Part shown: one piece after another, positions 45,137 to 54,379 of the stretch
Position numbering within the stretch: position 1 is the stretch's first letter
Layout of the letters: every line of letters starts with the position of its first letter
Origin: Opitutaceae bacterium
GTDB taxonomy: Bacteria > Verrucomicrobiota > Verrucomicrobiia > Opitutales > Opitutaceae
Reading direction: 5' to 3'
Assembly (NCBI GenBank): GCA_035298965.1
Contig: DATGXO010000107.1
Location: 38,860 to 102,859, forward strand
Length of the DNA: 64,000 nt
Notes under the pieces: model-generated
What the model was told of the DNA's origin: nothing
The model's database searches: none
Seen by the model: only the letters and a program-made list of their open reading frames with translations
Translations under genes and position numbers: made by a program

Positions 45137-45817
45137 CGTTCAGCGGCGGGCCGGGGACGTAAGCCGAAGGAGCGCCAACTGGTGAGGAAGCTGGCTTGTG
45201 AGTGCGGTCGCGTTGGGGGCGCGCGGGGGCGTCTGCGCGTGACATCTGTCGCTCTCAAGAACGATCCAGCAGGAGAACCGGTGACGGGTGGGAACGAGGC
45301 GCGGGAACATGGTCGGGTGGGGGTGCGATGCGAGCGGGCTCGCAGGCGCGCGGAGCTGAGGCAACGAACCGAACGGTCGAGCTGTCGGTCGCCGACAGTG
45401 CCGGCGGCAGCGCTGCCGTTGGGATCGGCGTCGAGCCACGCCCCCGCGAGGGTGCTGAAGCCACAGACCCTAGCACGATCCCGCTCGCGGAAGTTATCAA
45501 AAACCGTCCGGAGACTGTCCCCTATTCGTGTTACGCACCGCCGCGCTTCGCTGCGGCATCCCGCAAGTCCGCGCTGGCCCCCTGCTCTCACCCGCGCGGG
45601 GAACACGGATGCGGGGCGCTGGCGCGAAGTCGCCGGACTCGCGCGCCGCCACGGCGGACGAAAGCCATGACGTCGCGCGCCATGGGGAGAAATCCGGACG
45701 GGCGTTTCCGGCAACGCGTGCCGGCGGGGCAAAACTGCACCCGCAACGCCACTCGTCTCTCCGGCGGCAAACAACGCCGCGGTGCGCGATGGGCGCACGC
45801 GCGGGCGTCGCGGCACA

Positions 45818-47521
45818 TCACCGGCGCGGAGTGATTTTGAACACGACGGCGATTGGGTTGGGGACGTTCCGGGGCTTCTCGATCGTCAGGGCCTCGGCGC
45901 TTTGTTGCCACGCGATCGTTTCCTTGCTGCCGAGGAGTTCGATGGAGCCGATGGGGGTTCCGAGGAAGCCGGCGGCGGTGCCGAGCGATTGGATGGCCAC
46001 GGCGCTCGTCGGTGCGCCCATCACGAAGGCGTAGAGCGTATCGCCTTTCATCGTGAAGCGCACGTCCTCGGCGGTGAAGGGCTTCGCCTTGTCCTCGTTG
46101 AAACCTTGATCTTGGAGCGGTTGGACGCTGGCCATTTGCGGACCTTCGCCGAGCACCTTCCACGGGCGCGTGTCGTGGATCGCCTCCTGGTTCACCTGCA
46201 TCCAGTCAGCGATGCCTTCGACGATCGCGAGGGCGTCGGCATCCGGTGTGCCGTCGCCGCGGAGCGGGACGTTGAGCAGGAGATTGCCGTTCTTGCTGAC
46301 GACATCGATGAGCAGGTGCACGACGGTCTTCGCCGTCTTGTAGCCGTGGCGCTCGAAGAGACTCAGTTCGTAGTGCCAGTTGCCGAGGCAGGTGTCGGTC
46401 TGGAAGGGCTGCGGCTCGATCGCGGCGCCGACGCCGCGCTCGATGTTCCACGCCATGGTCCGGCGCTGTTCGGCGTCGAGGATCTTGTTGAACATCACGC
46501 CGTCGCTGCCGTGCCACTGGTCGTTGCGGTTGTAGAAGTGGGCGGCGATCTTCAGGCCGGCGTCGCTCACCGGCCAGAGGGGGAGCGCCGTGTCGTCGAA
46601 GTAGATGAGGTCGGGCTGGTATTTCTCAATGAGGTCGATCGTGCGGTTGTAGAAACGTTCACAATACGCCTGATCGGGCGGAGTGACACCGTTGTCCCAG
46701 TTCCAGCGCGAGTGGATCAGCTTCGGGTCGTCGAAATTGGGGCTCGGCGTATGGCGCTGCTCGTAGAGATCTTGCGGATCGAGGCCTTCCCACCACGTGC
46801 CCTTGCCGTCCTCCTTGGTGAGCTTGCCGTCGTACGGCACACCGGCGAACGGGCCTTTCTTGTCGGCGCCTTGCGCGGGTTCATACCAGCTCCAGGCGTG
46901 CGCGGCATGGACGCTGACGCCGAACTTGAGTCCGTTGGCGCGGGCGGCCTTGGCCCAGCCGCCGACGAGGTCCTTCTGCGGGCCGAGTCGCACCGAGTTC
47001 CACGCCTGATATTTGGAGTCCCAGAGGTCGAAGTTGTCGTGATGGTTGGCGAGCACGAAGAAGTACCGCGCACCGGCGCGCTTGTAGAGTGCGACGAGTT
47101 TGTCCGGGTCCCAGTTTTCGGCCTTCCACCGGTGGATGACCTCCTTGAAGCCCGCCTTCGACGGGTGACCGTAGGTTTCGCGATGGAAGGCTGTGACGTT
47201 CCCGAACCAAGTCGGACCACCGTTTTCGAAATACAAATTGCGCGCATACCAGTCGCCGCGCTCGGGTTGGCACTGCGGCCCCCAGTGCGCCCAGATGCCG
47301 AACTTCGCGTCGCGGAACCATTCCGGAACCTCGTACTGTTTCAGTGACTCCCACGTGGGCTGGAATTTGCCGGCGGCCATCGGCTCGGTGGCGGTGCTGA
47401 CAATCACCGTCGGCGTGGCGGAGGACGGAATCTGCGCGTGGGAATTCGATGTGACGGCGAGAAGGAGCGCGCCGGCGGACAAGGTGAGCCGCCCCAGGCG
47501 GCCGGAGATTTCGGAGGGCAT
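45818..47521 (-). CDS. GH29 alpha-L-fucosidase, paralog 1
   Basis: ATG 47521. EWFRDAKFGIWAHWGPQ, YFFVLANHHDNFDLWDS, DLIYFDD. Confidence 0.85.
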   Translation of the reverse strand: MPSEISGRLGRLTLSAGALLLAVTSNSHAQIPSSATPTVIVSTATEPMAAGKFQPTWESLKQYEVPEWFRDAKFGIWAHWGPQCQPERGDWYARNLYFENGGPTWFGNVTAFHRETYGHPSKAGFKEVIHRWKAENWDPDKLVALYKRAGARYFFVLANHHDNFDLWDSKYQAWNSVRLGPQKDLVGGWAKAARANGLKFGVSVHAAHAWSWYEPAQGADKKGPFAGVPYDGKLTKEDGKGTWWEGLDPQDLYEQRHTPSPNFDDPKLIHSRWNWDNGVTPPDQAYCERFYNRTIDLIEKYQPDLIYFDDTALPLWPVSDAGLKIAAHFYNRNDQWHGSDGVMFNKILDAEQRRTMAWNIERGVGAAIEPQPFQTDTCLGNWHYELSLFERHGYKTAKTVVHLLIDVVSKNGNLLLNVPLRGDGTPDADALAIVEGIADWMQVNQEAIHDTRPWKVLGEGPQMASVQPLQDQGFNEDKAKPFTAEDVRFTMKGDTLYAFVMGAPTSAVAIQSLGTAAGFLGTPIGSIELLGSKETIAWQQSAEALTIEKPRNVPNPIAVVFKITPRR

Positions 47522-47651
47522 GATTTCGGAGGTGCGATGGTGTGACGCAGGACGTGGCGACTGCTTACGGCGTTTTCGGCTGATCTCGAATCGACACGCG
47601 CGACTTGGTTGCGGGTGAACTAGCAGTACCCCCGTAGGATCCGAGGGCACT

Positions 47652-47678
47652 GTCTCATTCAGAATGTCTGAATGAGAC
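47652..47678. promoter_or_regulatory. Perfect 12-3-12 palindrome GTCTCATTCAGA-atg-TCTGAATGAGAC (operator or RNA hairpin)
   Basis: Read directly. It is AT-rich relative to its surroundings and lies between the GH2 stop (47864) and the GH29 start (47521). Confidence 0.6.
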
Positions 47679-47863
47679 GCGGTAAAGGAAATTCTGCCGC
47701 CCGCGGTTGCAGGAACGTCCGCTCTCGTTGTTCGCCAGGCGGGCGCCGGGCCCGCGAAGGCCGGCGCGGCGCCCGCGAGTGAGCGTGTGCCCCGCTGCGG
47801 TCCGACTCCTCTCCCGCTCGGGAGTTCTTGTGGCCGGGAGTCAGGCGATCACGCGAGCGGCCG

Positions 47864-50494
47864 CTAGTTCGAATTGATCGTGCCGGTCACGGACACATCG
47901 CCGAGGCCCGGGGTGGTGCCAGCCGGCCAGCTCAGGAGTGTGATGCGTACGTAGCGGCCGCTCAGCGGCGCACCTTCGACGGTGTAGGTCGTCCACTGGT
48001 TGGCCGCGTCCGTTTTCTCCTCTGCGAAGGTGCGCCAATCGCGCTCGCCGTCCGGGGAGATTTCGATGCGGTAGCGCCAGAGCCCCGTCGCGGGAAACAA
48101 TATGCGAAGCGCGGATACCGAGACGACGCGTTCGAGGTCGATGCGCAGCCACGGTGCGGTGTCGCCGGGGGCGGCGAGCCAGGACGTGAGGAAGCTGCCG
48201 TCGTTGCCGTGGCGGCCAGTGTTGCCGGGCGTCTCGCTGCTGGCGCGGGTCGGATTCTCGAGGCCGAACTTGTGCCACCTGCCGCTCGTGGGCGCGTCGG
48301 AAAAACGCCGGTACGGTCGTGGCGCGGCGGCCGGAGTGACGCCAGGGACGAACCGTGGTTCACCGAGCGAGGTGAGTCGAAGGGTCGCGTCGGCCAAGCC
48401 GGGTGAGGTTGCGCGGATGAACGTTTCGCCGGCGTGGTAGCAGTGGAACTCGATGGCGGCGGCGCCGTCGCGGATGGGGATGTCGGAATCCGCCGCGAAC
48501 GTGATGCTCGGGCCGGTGGGGAACTCGCCGGGGCCGGACTCGATCGTGAGCGTGACGGTCGGGCAGTTGCTGAGCGGTGTGCCGTCCTTGTCGACGACGG
48601 TCACGGTGAGGTGCGCATCGTCGGTGCCGTCGACGGCGCGGAGCGTCGTCTTGTCGGCCGTCAGCCGGAGGGCTGTGGCTTTGCCGGGCTGCGGCCAGGT
48701 GGGCGCAGGGATGCCGCGGTGCTCGTTGCGGTACCAATACCACTGGCGCTTCGGCAGACGGAAATAGTCCAGCATGCCCATGCCGCCGAAGGTGCGGCCG
48801 GCGATACTGCCGTGGTCGAAGCCGCACCAGATGACCTCGCCGCTGCGCCACGGCAGGCGCCAGCCGTACGGCTGATTTTGGTCGGCCCCGGGTGTGAGCG
48901 GGAGGTCGCCGAACCCCGGCTCGTGGAGCCCGGGACGGTCGACCATCATCGAGCCGTATTCGGAGACTACGTTCGCGATTCCGGGATTGGGGAAAAGTCG
49001 GGCGCCGTCGCCGTTGTAGCCGGCGATGTCGCCGAGCTTGTCGATTTCGCCGCGCTGGGCACCGCCGATGGCGGCGGGACGCGTGGGATCGAGCTCGTGC
49101 GAGTAGGCGACGAGCTCTCGCAGGAAACGCCGGACCTGCGGCATGACCTTCGGATCGCTGAAGAACGGCTCGTTGGACATGCTCCACACGACGATGCTCG
49201 GGTGGTTGCGGTGGATGCGGATCATGTCGCGCAGACTGGCGCGCACGCTCGCCTCGAACTCCGCCTCGTCGGCCGAGTCTGTCGGATACGCGCTGCCGCC
49301 CCAGGCGTTGTCGGCGCCGCCCGTGCCCCAGAAACAGTTCTCGGACCAGAAGAGGACGCCGATGCGATCGCAGGCCGCGGAGAACGCCGGCGCGTGCGGG
49401 TAATGGGAGCCGCGGATGAAATCGAAACCGGCATTTTTGATGAGTTGCACGTCGCGATGGAAGCCGTTGTTCGGCACGGCGTCGCCCCAGCCCGCGTGGT
49501 CCTGATGGACGTTGGCGCCGCGGAAATAGCGGTGTTCGCCGTTGAGGAAGAATCCGCGATCGGCGGTGAACTCGAACCAGCGGAAGCCGAGCGGCGAAAC
49601 GAAGTCGTCGGCCGGCCGCTCGCCGTCGAGCACGGTGGTCTTCACCGAATAGAGCGTGGGCTGCTCGGGCGACCAGAGTTGCGGGCGTGCGATCGCTGCG
49701 CTGGTCTGGTCGAACACCGCGGTGACGCCGGGCGCGAGACGCTGGCTCGAGCTCATCGTAGAGACGACGCGGCCCGCGGGATCGAGCACCTCGGTGCGCA
49801 CGGTGCAGTCTTTCGGCGCAGGCGATTGGTTCACGACCTCGGTCTTCACGTTCACGGTCCCCTCGGTGGTGGAGACCTGCGGCGTGGTGACCGCGGTGCC
49901 GTACCACGCGACGTGCAACGGATCGGTGGCGACAAGCCAGACGTTGCGGTAGATGCCGCCGCTGAACTGGTGTTCGCCGGCGCGCGGGGCGAGACGGGGA
50001 TTCCAGCGGTTGTTGAGGCGCACGGCGACGAGGTTGCGGCCGGAGACGGCCGCGTCGGTGATCTCGATTTCGAAGCCGGTGTAGCCGCCCTGATGCGCGC
50101 CGACTTTCCGGCCGTTGACGAAGATCTCGGCGTCCTGAAACGCACCATCGAAGTGGAGGAACAGGCGTTTGCCCTGCCACGCCGCCGGCACATCGAAGGT
50201 TTTCCGGTACCAGCCAAAGCCGACGTAGAACGAGTTCGTTGCGGCGAAATACGGCGTGCTGAAACTATGCGGCAGGCCGACGTGTTCCCACTTCGCGTCG
50301 TCGAACGTCGCGGCCTCCGCGCCGGGGTGGTCGCCGAGCTGGAACGACCACTCGCGGTTGAAGTTCAGCGTCTCGCGCAGCGGGGAGGTGTCGCCCGCCA
50401 AGGCGGGCACGCTCGTGCACGCACTGAGAACCAGCGAGAGAAGCAGTGCGCAGATCGAGGCGTGCGTGCGGCGTGTGGTGTTGGTCGATCTCAT
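47864..50494 (-). CDS. GH2 glycoside hydrolase with C-terminal F5/8 type C (discoidin) domain
   Basis: ATG 50494 with lipoprotein-like signal (LSLVLSAC). FIRGSHYPH, VWSMSNEP. The C-terminus ...APWLRIDLERVVSVSALRILF...RYVRITLL is discoidin-like. Confidence 0.8.
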   Translation of the reverse strand: MRSTNTTRRTHASICALLLSLVLSACTSVPALAGDTSPLRETLNFNREWSFQLGDHPGAEAATFDDAKWEHVGLPHSFSTPYFAATNSFYVGFGWYRKTFDVPAAWQGKRLFLHFDGAFQDAEIFVNGRKVGAHQGGYTGFEIEITDAAVSGRNLVAVRLNNRWNPRLAPRAGEHQFSGGIYRNVWLVATDPLHVAWYGTAVTTPQVSTTEGTVNVKTEVVNQSPAPKDCTVRTEVLDPAGRVVSTMSSSQRLAPGVTAVFDQTSAAIARPQLWSPEQPTLYSVKTTVLDGERPADDFVSPLGFRWFEFTADRGFFLNGEHRYFRGANVHQDHAGWGDAVPNNGFHRDVQLIKNAGFDFIRGSHYPHAPAFSAACDRIGVLFWSENCFWGTGGADNAWGGSAYPTDSADEAEFEASVRASLRDMIRIHRNHPSIVVWSMSNEPFFSDPKVMPQVRRFLRELVAYSHELDPTRPAAIGGAQRGEIDKLGDIAGYNGDGARLFPNPGIANVVSEYGSMMVDRPGLHEPGFGDLPLTPGADQNQPYGWRLPWRSGEVIWCGFDHGSIAGRTFGGMGMLDYFRLPKRQWYWYRNEHRGIPAPTWPQPGKATALRLTADKTTLRAVDGTDDAHLTVTVVDKDGTPLSNCPTVTLTIESGPGEFPTGPSITFAADSDIPIRDGAAAIEFHCYHAGETFIRATSPGLADATLRLTSLGEPRFVPGVTPAAAPRPYRRFSDAPTSGRWHKFGLENPTRASSETPGNTGRHGNDGSFLTSWLAAPGDTAPWLRIDLERVVSVSALRILFPATGLWRYRIEISPDGERDWRTFAEEKTDAANQWTTYTVEGAPLSGRYVRITLLSWPAGTTPGLGDVSVTGTINSN

Positions 50495-50565
50495 GAAGGT
50501 GCGGAGGGTCGTGGCTGAGGTGCGTAGCGGCGGCGCTCGCCGGCGCCCCTGCGGCGGAGGAGGGT

Positions 50566-52239
50566 TTAGCGACGCGGGGTGATCTGGAAGACGAGGGCGA
50601 TGGCGTTGGGGATGGTCTTCGGCGCTTCGATGGTCAGCGCTTCGGCGGTTTGCGACCACGTGAGTTTCTCGTCGCTGCCGAGGAGCGTGACGTTGCCGAT
50701 GGCGCCGTCGTAGAGCTTGGCGGCGGTGCCGAGCGACTTGATGACCACCTGGGTTTTCGGCGCGCCCATGACGATGGCGTTGAGCGTGGCGCCCTTGGTG
50801 GTGAAGCGGACGTCCTCGGCGGTGAAGGGTTTCACTTTGTCCTCGTTGAAGTTCGAACCGCTGTTCGCTTCGGTGGCGGCCATCTGCGGGCCTTCGCCCA
50901 TGACTTTCCACGGGCGCGTGCCGTGGATCGCTTCCTGGTTGATCTGCATCCAGCCGGCGATGCCTTCGACGATGGCGATCTCGTCCTCGTCGGGCGTGCC
51001 GTCGCCGCGGAGCGGGACGTTGAGGAGGAGGTTGCCGTTCTTGCTGACGACATCGATGAGCGTGTGCACGACGGTCGGCGCGGACTTATAGCCGTGGCGC
51101 TCAAGCACGCCGATATTGTAGTGCCAGTCGCCGAGGCAGGTGTCGGTCTGCCAGGGGAGCGGTTCGATGATGTTGCTGCGGCCACGCTCGATATCGAGGG
51201 CCATGCACTCCTTCTGGTCGGGCGTGAGGACTTTGCCGAAGAGCACGCCGTCGTTGCCGCGCCACTGGTTGTTACGGTTGTAGAAGTGGGCGGCGAGTTT
51301 CAGGCCGGCGTCGCTGACGGGCCAGAGGGGGAGGGCGGTGTCGTCGAAGTAGATGAGGTCGGGTTGGTATTTCTCGATGAGGTCGACGGTGCGGTTGTAG
51401 AAGCGTTCGCAGAACTGCTGGTCGGGCGGGGTGAGGCCGTTGTTCCAATCCCAGCGGCCCCAGATGCTGGTCGGGCCCTCGAAGCCGGGGGCGGGCTTGT
51501 GGCGTTGTTCGTAGAGATCCTGCGGGTCGTAGCCTTCCCACCAGGTGCCTTTGCCGTCCTCCTTGGTGAGTTTGCCGTCGTAGGGCACGCCGGCGAGCGG
51601 GCCGGTCTGGTCGGCGCCTTGGGCGGTCTCGTACCAGCTCCATGAATGCGCGGCGTGGACGCTGACGCCGAACTTCATGCCGTGTTTGCGGGCGGCGGTG
51701 GCCCAGCCGGCTATGAGGTTCTGCTTCGGCCCCAGGTTGACCGAGTTCCACGGCTGGTACTTGGAGTCCCAGAGGTCGAGGTTGTCGTGGTGGTTGGCGA
51801 GGGCGAAGAAGTACTTCGCGCCGGCGCGGGCGTAGAGATCGAGGAGTTTTTCGGCATCCCATTTTTCCGCCTTCCAGGTGTGGATGACGTCCTTGAATCC
51901 GAATTTGGACGGGTGGCCGTAGAGCGCGTTGTGCTGCTCATATTGCCAGTGGCCCTGGCAATACATGTTGCGTGCGTACCAGTCGCTGCGCTCGGGCTGG
52001 CACTGCGGACCCCAGTGGGCCCAGATGCCGAACTTCGCGTCGCGGAACCACTCGGGCACTTCGTATTGCTGGAGCGATTGCCAGGTGGGTGCGAACTTGC
52101 CCGGCGCCATTGGCTCGGCGGCGGTGCTGACGATGACTGTCGGCGTCGCGTCGCTGGGGATGGAGGCTTGCGCGACCGAGGCCGTGGCGGCGATGGCGAC
52201 CAAGCTGGTCGCGATGAGGAGGGCGGGGGGGATGTTCAT
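50566..52239 (-). CDS. GH29 alpha-L-fucosidase, paralog 2
   Basis: 557 aa, colinear with and highly similar to 45818-47521 (EWFRDAKFGIWAHWGPQCQPER..., DLIYFDDTALPLWPVSDAGLK). Confidence 0.85.
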   Translation of the reverse strand: MNIPPALLIATSLVAIAATASVAQASIPSDATPTVIVSTAAEPMAPGKFAPTWQSLQQYEVPEWFRDAKFGIWAHWGPQCQPERSDWYARNMYCQGHWQYEQHNALYGHPSKFGFKDVIHTWKAEKWDAEKLLDLYARAGAKYFFALANHHDNLDLWDSKYQPWNSVNLGPKQNLIAGWATAARKHGMKFGVSVHAAHSWSWYETAQGADQTGPLAGVPYDGKLTKEDGKGTWWEGYDPQDLYEQRHKPAPGFEGPTSIWGRWDWNNGLTPPDQQFCERFYNRTVDLIEKYQPDLIYFDDTALPLWPVSDAGLKLAAHFYNRNNQWRGNDGVLFGKVLTPDQKECMALDIERGRSNIIEPLPWQTDTCLGDWHYNIGVLERHGYKSAPTVVHTLIDVVSKNGNLLLNVPLRGDGTPDEDEIAIVEGIAGWMQINQEAIHGTRPWKVMGEGPQMAATEANSGSNFNEDKVKPFTAEDVRFTTKGATLNAIVMGAPKTQVVIKSLGTAAKLYDGAIGNVTLLGSDEKLTWSQTAEALTIEAPKTIPNAIALVFQITPRR

Positions 52240-52251
52240 AGTTTCGGAAAA

Positions 52252-52259
52252 GGGGGGGA
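52252..52259. repeat. G8 tract (C8 on the coding strand), 13-20 nt upstream of the GH29 paralog-2 ATG
   Basis: Read directly: aaaaggggggggaag. Confidence 0.8.
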
Positions 52260-52426
52260 AGTGAGGCGCGGGTGTAGGTTATTGTTCGCTCGCGGTCGCC
52301 GCGAATCCACCGACGGCGCGGTCCGTCTCAATGGCGATGCTGGTGTCGATCACATCGCGGGCAGCGATCGGAGCGGAGCACTCGCGCACAGCAGGGAGCG
52401 CCGACCGCCGCGCGAGCGCGGGATGG

Positions 52427-53359
52427 TCAGCGGAAGAGGCGTTGGGCGAAGTGGTGGAGGTTGTTGGCCCATGTCTCGCGGTCGTGGCCGCAACCGTCGA
52501 CGTTCCACACGTGGGGAACGCCGCGCTCGGCGAGGAATCGGTGCAGGTTCTGGGAGGCATTGATCAGGCCGTCTTTGTTGCCGCAGGAGAGATAGAGGAG
52601 ACGCAGACTCGCCTGCGTCGTCGCCGGGTCCGGAATCAACTCGGCGGGCGGGCGGATGGTGGGCGCCGAGGAGAATCCGCCGACCCACGCAAACGTGCCG
52701 AGGTGCGCCAATCCGAAATTCAGCGCCTGCCCGCCACCCATCGAGAGGCCGGCGAGCGCGCGATGCTCGCGGTCGGCGAGGGTGGCATATTTCGCGTCGA
52801 CGGCGGGGATGAGCGAGTCGAGCAGATCGCCCTCGAACTTTGCGAAACCGATCGTGTTTTCCGGTGTGAAGAGTTTCTCGGGCGGCGGCGGGCGATCGTC
52901 GGCCAGGGCGCGGCCGTTGGGCATGACGACGATCATCGGCACCGCCTGGCCGGCGGAGATGAGGTTGTCGAGCACCGCGTCGGCGCGCACATAGCCGGTC
53001 CATTCGTGCTCGTTCCCCGCGATGCCGTGGAGCAGGTAGAGTACGGGATAGCGGCGGTCGGGGGAGTAGCCGGTGGGGAGATAAACGCGTGCTTTGCGCA
53101 CGGTGCCGGTCACTTGCGAACGGTACTCGAACTGCTCGAGCGTGCCGTGCGTGGCGGCGGGTTGGGCGGTGTCGAAGCCCGGTTCGGCGTCCGGGATGGT
53201 CCGCACATCGTCTGCGGCCAACGTGATCGGGCGGGCGAAGTTTGCGCGGGCGTTTTCGGGCGACGTCTCCGTTGTCGCACCACGGGCGTGGAGTGCGCAC
53301 GCAGCGCAAACGAGGAACACGATGCCGCGGCGGCGGAGGGGCGGGGGATTGGCAGGCAT
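52427..53359 (-). CDS. Secreted alpha/beta-hydrolase esterase (CE1-like, esterase D/feruloyl-acetyl esterase type)
   Basis: Signal peptide, YPVLYLLHG, nucleophile elbow GLSMGG, and a C-terminal H in GCGHD. Confidence 0.75.
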   Translation of the reverse strand: MPANPPPLRRRGIVFLVCAACALHARGATTETSPENARANFARPITLAADDVRTIPDAEPGFDTAQPAATHGTLEQFEYRSQVTGTVRKARVYLPTGYSPDRRYPVLYLLHGIAGNEHEWTGYVRADAVLDNLISAGQAVPMIVVMPNGRALADDRPPPPEKLFTPENTIGFAKFEGDLLDSLIPAVDAKYATLADREHRALAGLSMGGGQALNFGLAHLGTFAWVGGFSSAPTIRPPAELIPDPATTQASLRLLYLSCGNKDGLINASQNLHRFLAERGVPHVWNVDGCGHDRETWANNLHHFAQRLFR

Positions 53360-53682
53360 TCGCCTACAAGAAGCAGGCCCGCAGCGCGGGGCGTCAAGCG
53401 GCCGGCCGTGATGAAAATAAGGGACACTCGTGCGGCGGCGCTTCGCGCGACTGCCGAGTACGAGAGACGAGAGTTGGCGATTCGCGCCGCGGCTCGGTTA
53501 CGCGCGTGGCGGATTCCCGAAGGTGCAGTCGCGCACACGACGGCGCGGCAAGGGGCCAAATCGCCGCCGTGGCATGGGCGTCCCGCCAATGTCGGTGCTC
53601 CTCACGGACGGGACGTCCGTGCCACGGCGCAAGCGTCTTCATAATAGACGGAGCCGTTGGACACAGCGGGGCACAGAGGCGT

Positions 53683-53700
53683 CGCCGCGCGAGAGCGGCG
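53683..53700. repeat. REP-like hairpin CGCCGC-gcgaga-GCGGCG (reverse orientation relative to the copies at 3141 and 4330)
   Basis: The minus strand reads CGCCGCTCTCGCGCGGCG. Located 11 nt past the response-regulator stop. Confidence 0.55.
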
Positions 53701-53710
53701 GGGCGGTGTT

Positions 53711-54379
53711 TTACCGCGCCAGATTCGTGTAGCGCGCGACCGCTTGGGCGCGGGAGTGCACGTGCAGCTTCTCGTAAATGCGGCGGATGTACGTGTTCAC
53801 CGTCTCGACGCCGATGCCGAGGGTGTCGGCGATCTCCTTGTAGAGGTAACCTTGGGCGAGCAGCGCGAGCACTTCGTTTTCCCGCTTCGAGAGATCCTCG
53901 GCCGGTGTCGCCGCGGGCTTCTTCTGGTGGAGCGATTGTACGACTTTCCGGGCGATATTGCCGCTCATCGGCGAGCCGCCGCCGTGCACTTCGAGCAGTG
54001 CTGCGACCAGCGCCTCGCGCGAGGTGGTCTTGATCAGATACCCGGTCGCTCCGGCGGAGAGGGCATCGAAGATGTGGCCGGAGTCCTCGTAGACCGTGAG
54101 CATCACGAACTGCGTGTTCGGCGTGAGCAGTTTGGCGCGGCGCACGCATTCTACGCCGCTGAGACCGGGAAGGTTGATATCGACGATCGCCACATCGGGT
54201 TTGTCGCGGGTGATCTGCGGAATCGCGCTCTCGACATCCGGAAACACGCCGAGGCAAGTGAACGCTTCCTCCTCCTTGATCCACGCCTCGAGAATGCTCC
54301 GCACCGACCTGTCGTCTTCCACGATCATGACCGAGATGGGGGCGGACGGATTCTGCTGGGGCGGAGGATTAGGGTTCAT
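53711..54379 (-). CDS. NarL/FixJ-type response regulator (REC + LuxR HTH)
   Basis: ATG 54379. VMIVEDD, DVAIVDINLPGLSG, LSKRENEVLALLAQGYLYKEIADTLGIGVETVNTYIRRIYEKL. Confidence 0.85.
   Translation of the reverse strand: MNPNPPPQQNPSAPISVMIVEDDRSVRSILEAWIKEEEAFTCLGVFPDVESAIPQITRDKPDVAIVDINLPGLSGVECVRRAKLLTPNTQFVMLTVYEDSGHIFDALSAGATGYLIKTTSREALVAALLEVHGGGSPMSGNIARKVVQSLHQKKPAATPAEDLSKRENEVLALLAQGYLYKEIADTLGIGVETVNTYIRRIYEKLHVHSRAQAVARYTNLAR

Noticed and set aside
45133-45816. 227-aa minus-strand ORF that exactly fills the GH29/acetylesterase gap.
   Set aside because: Extremely Arg/Pro/Ala-rich with no motifs. Its start overlaps the acetylesterase start region, so it is most likely a chance open frame.
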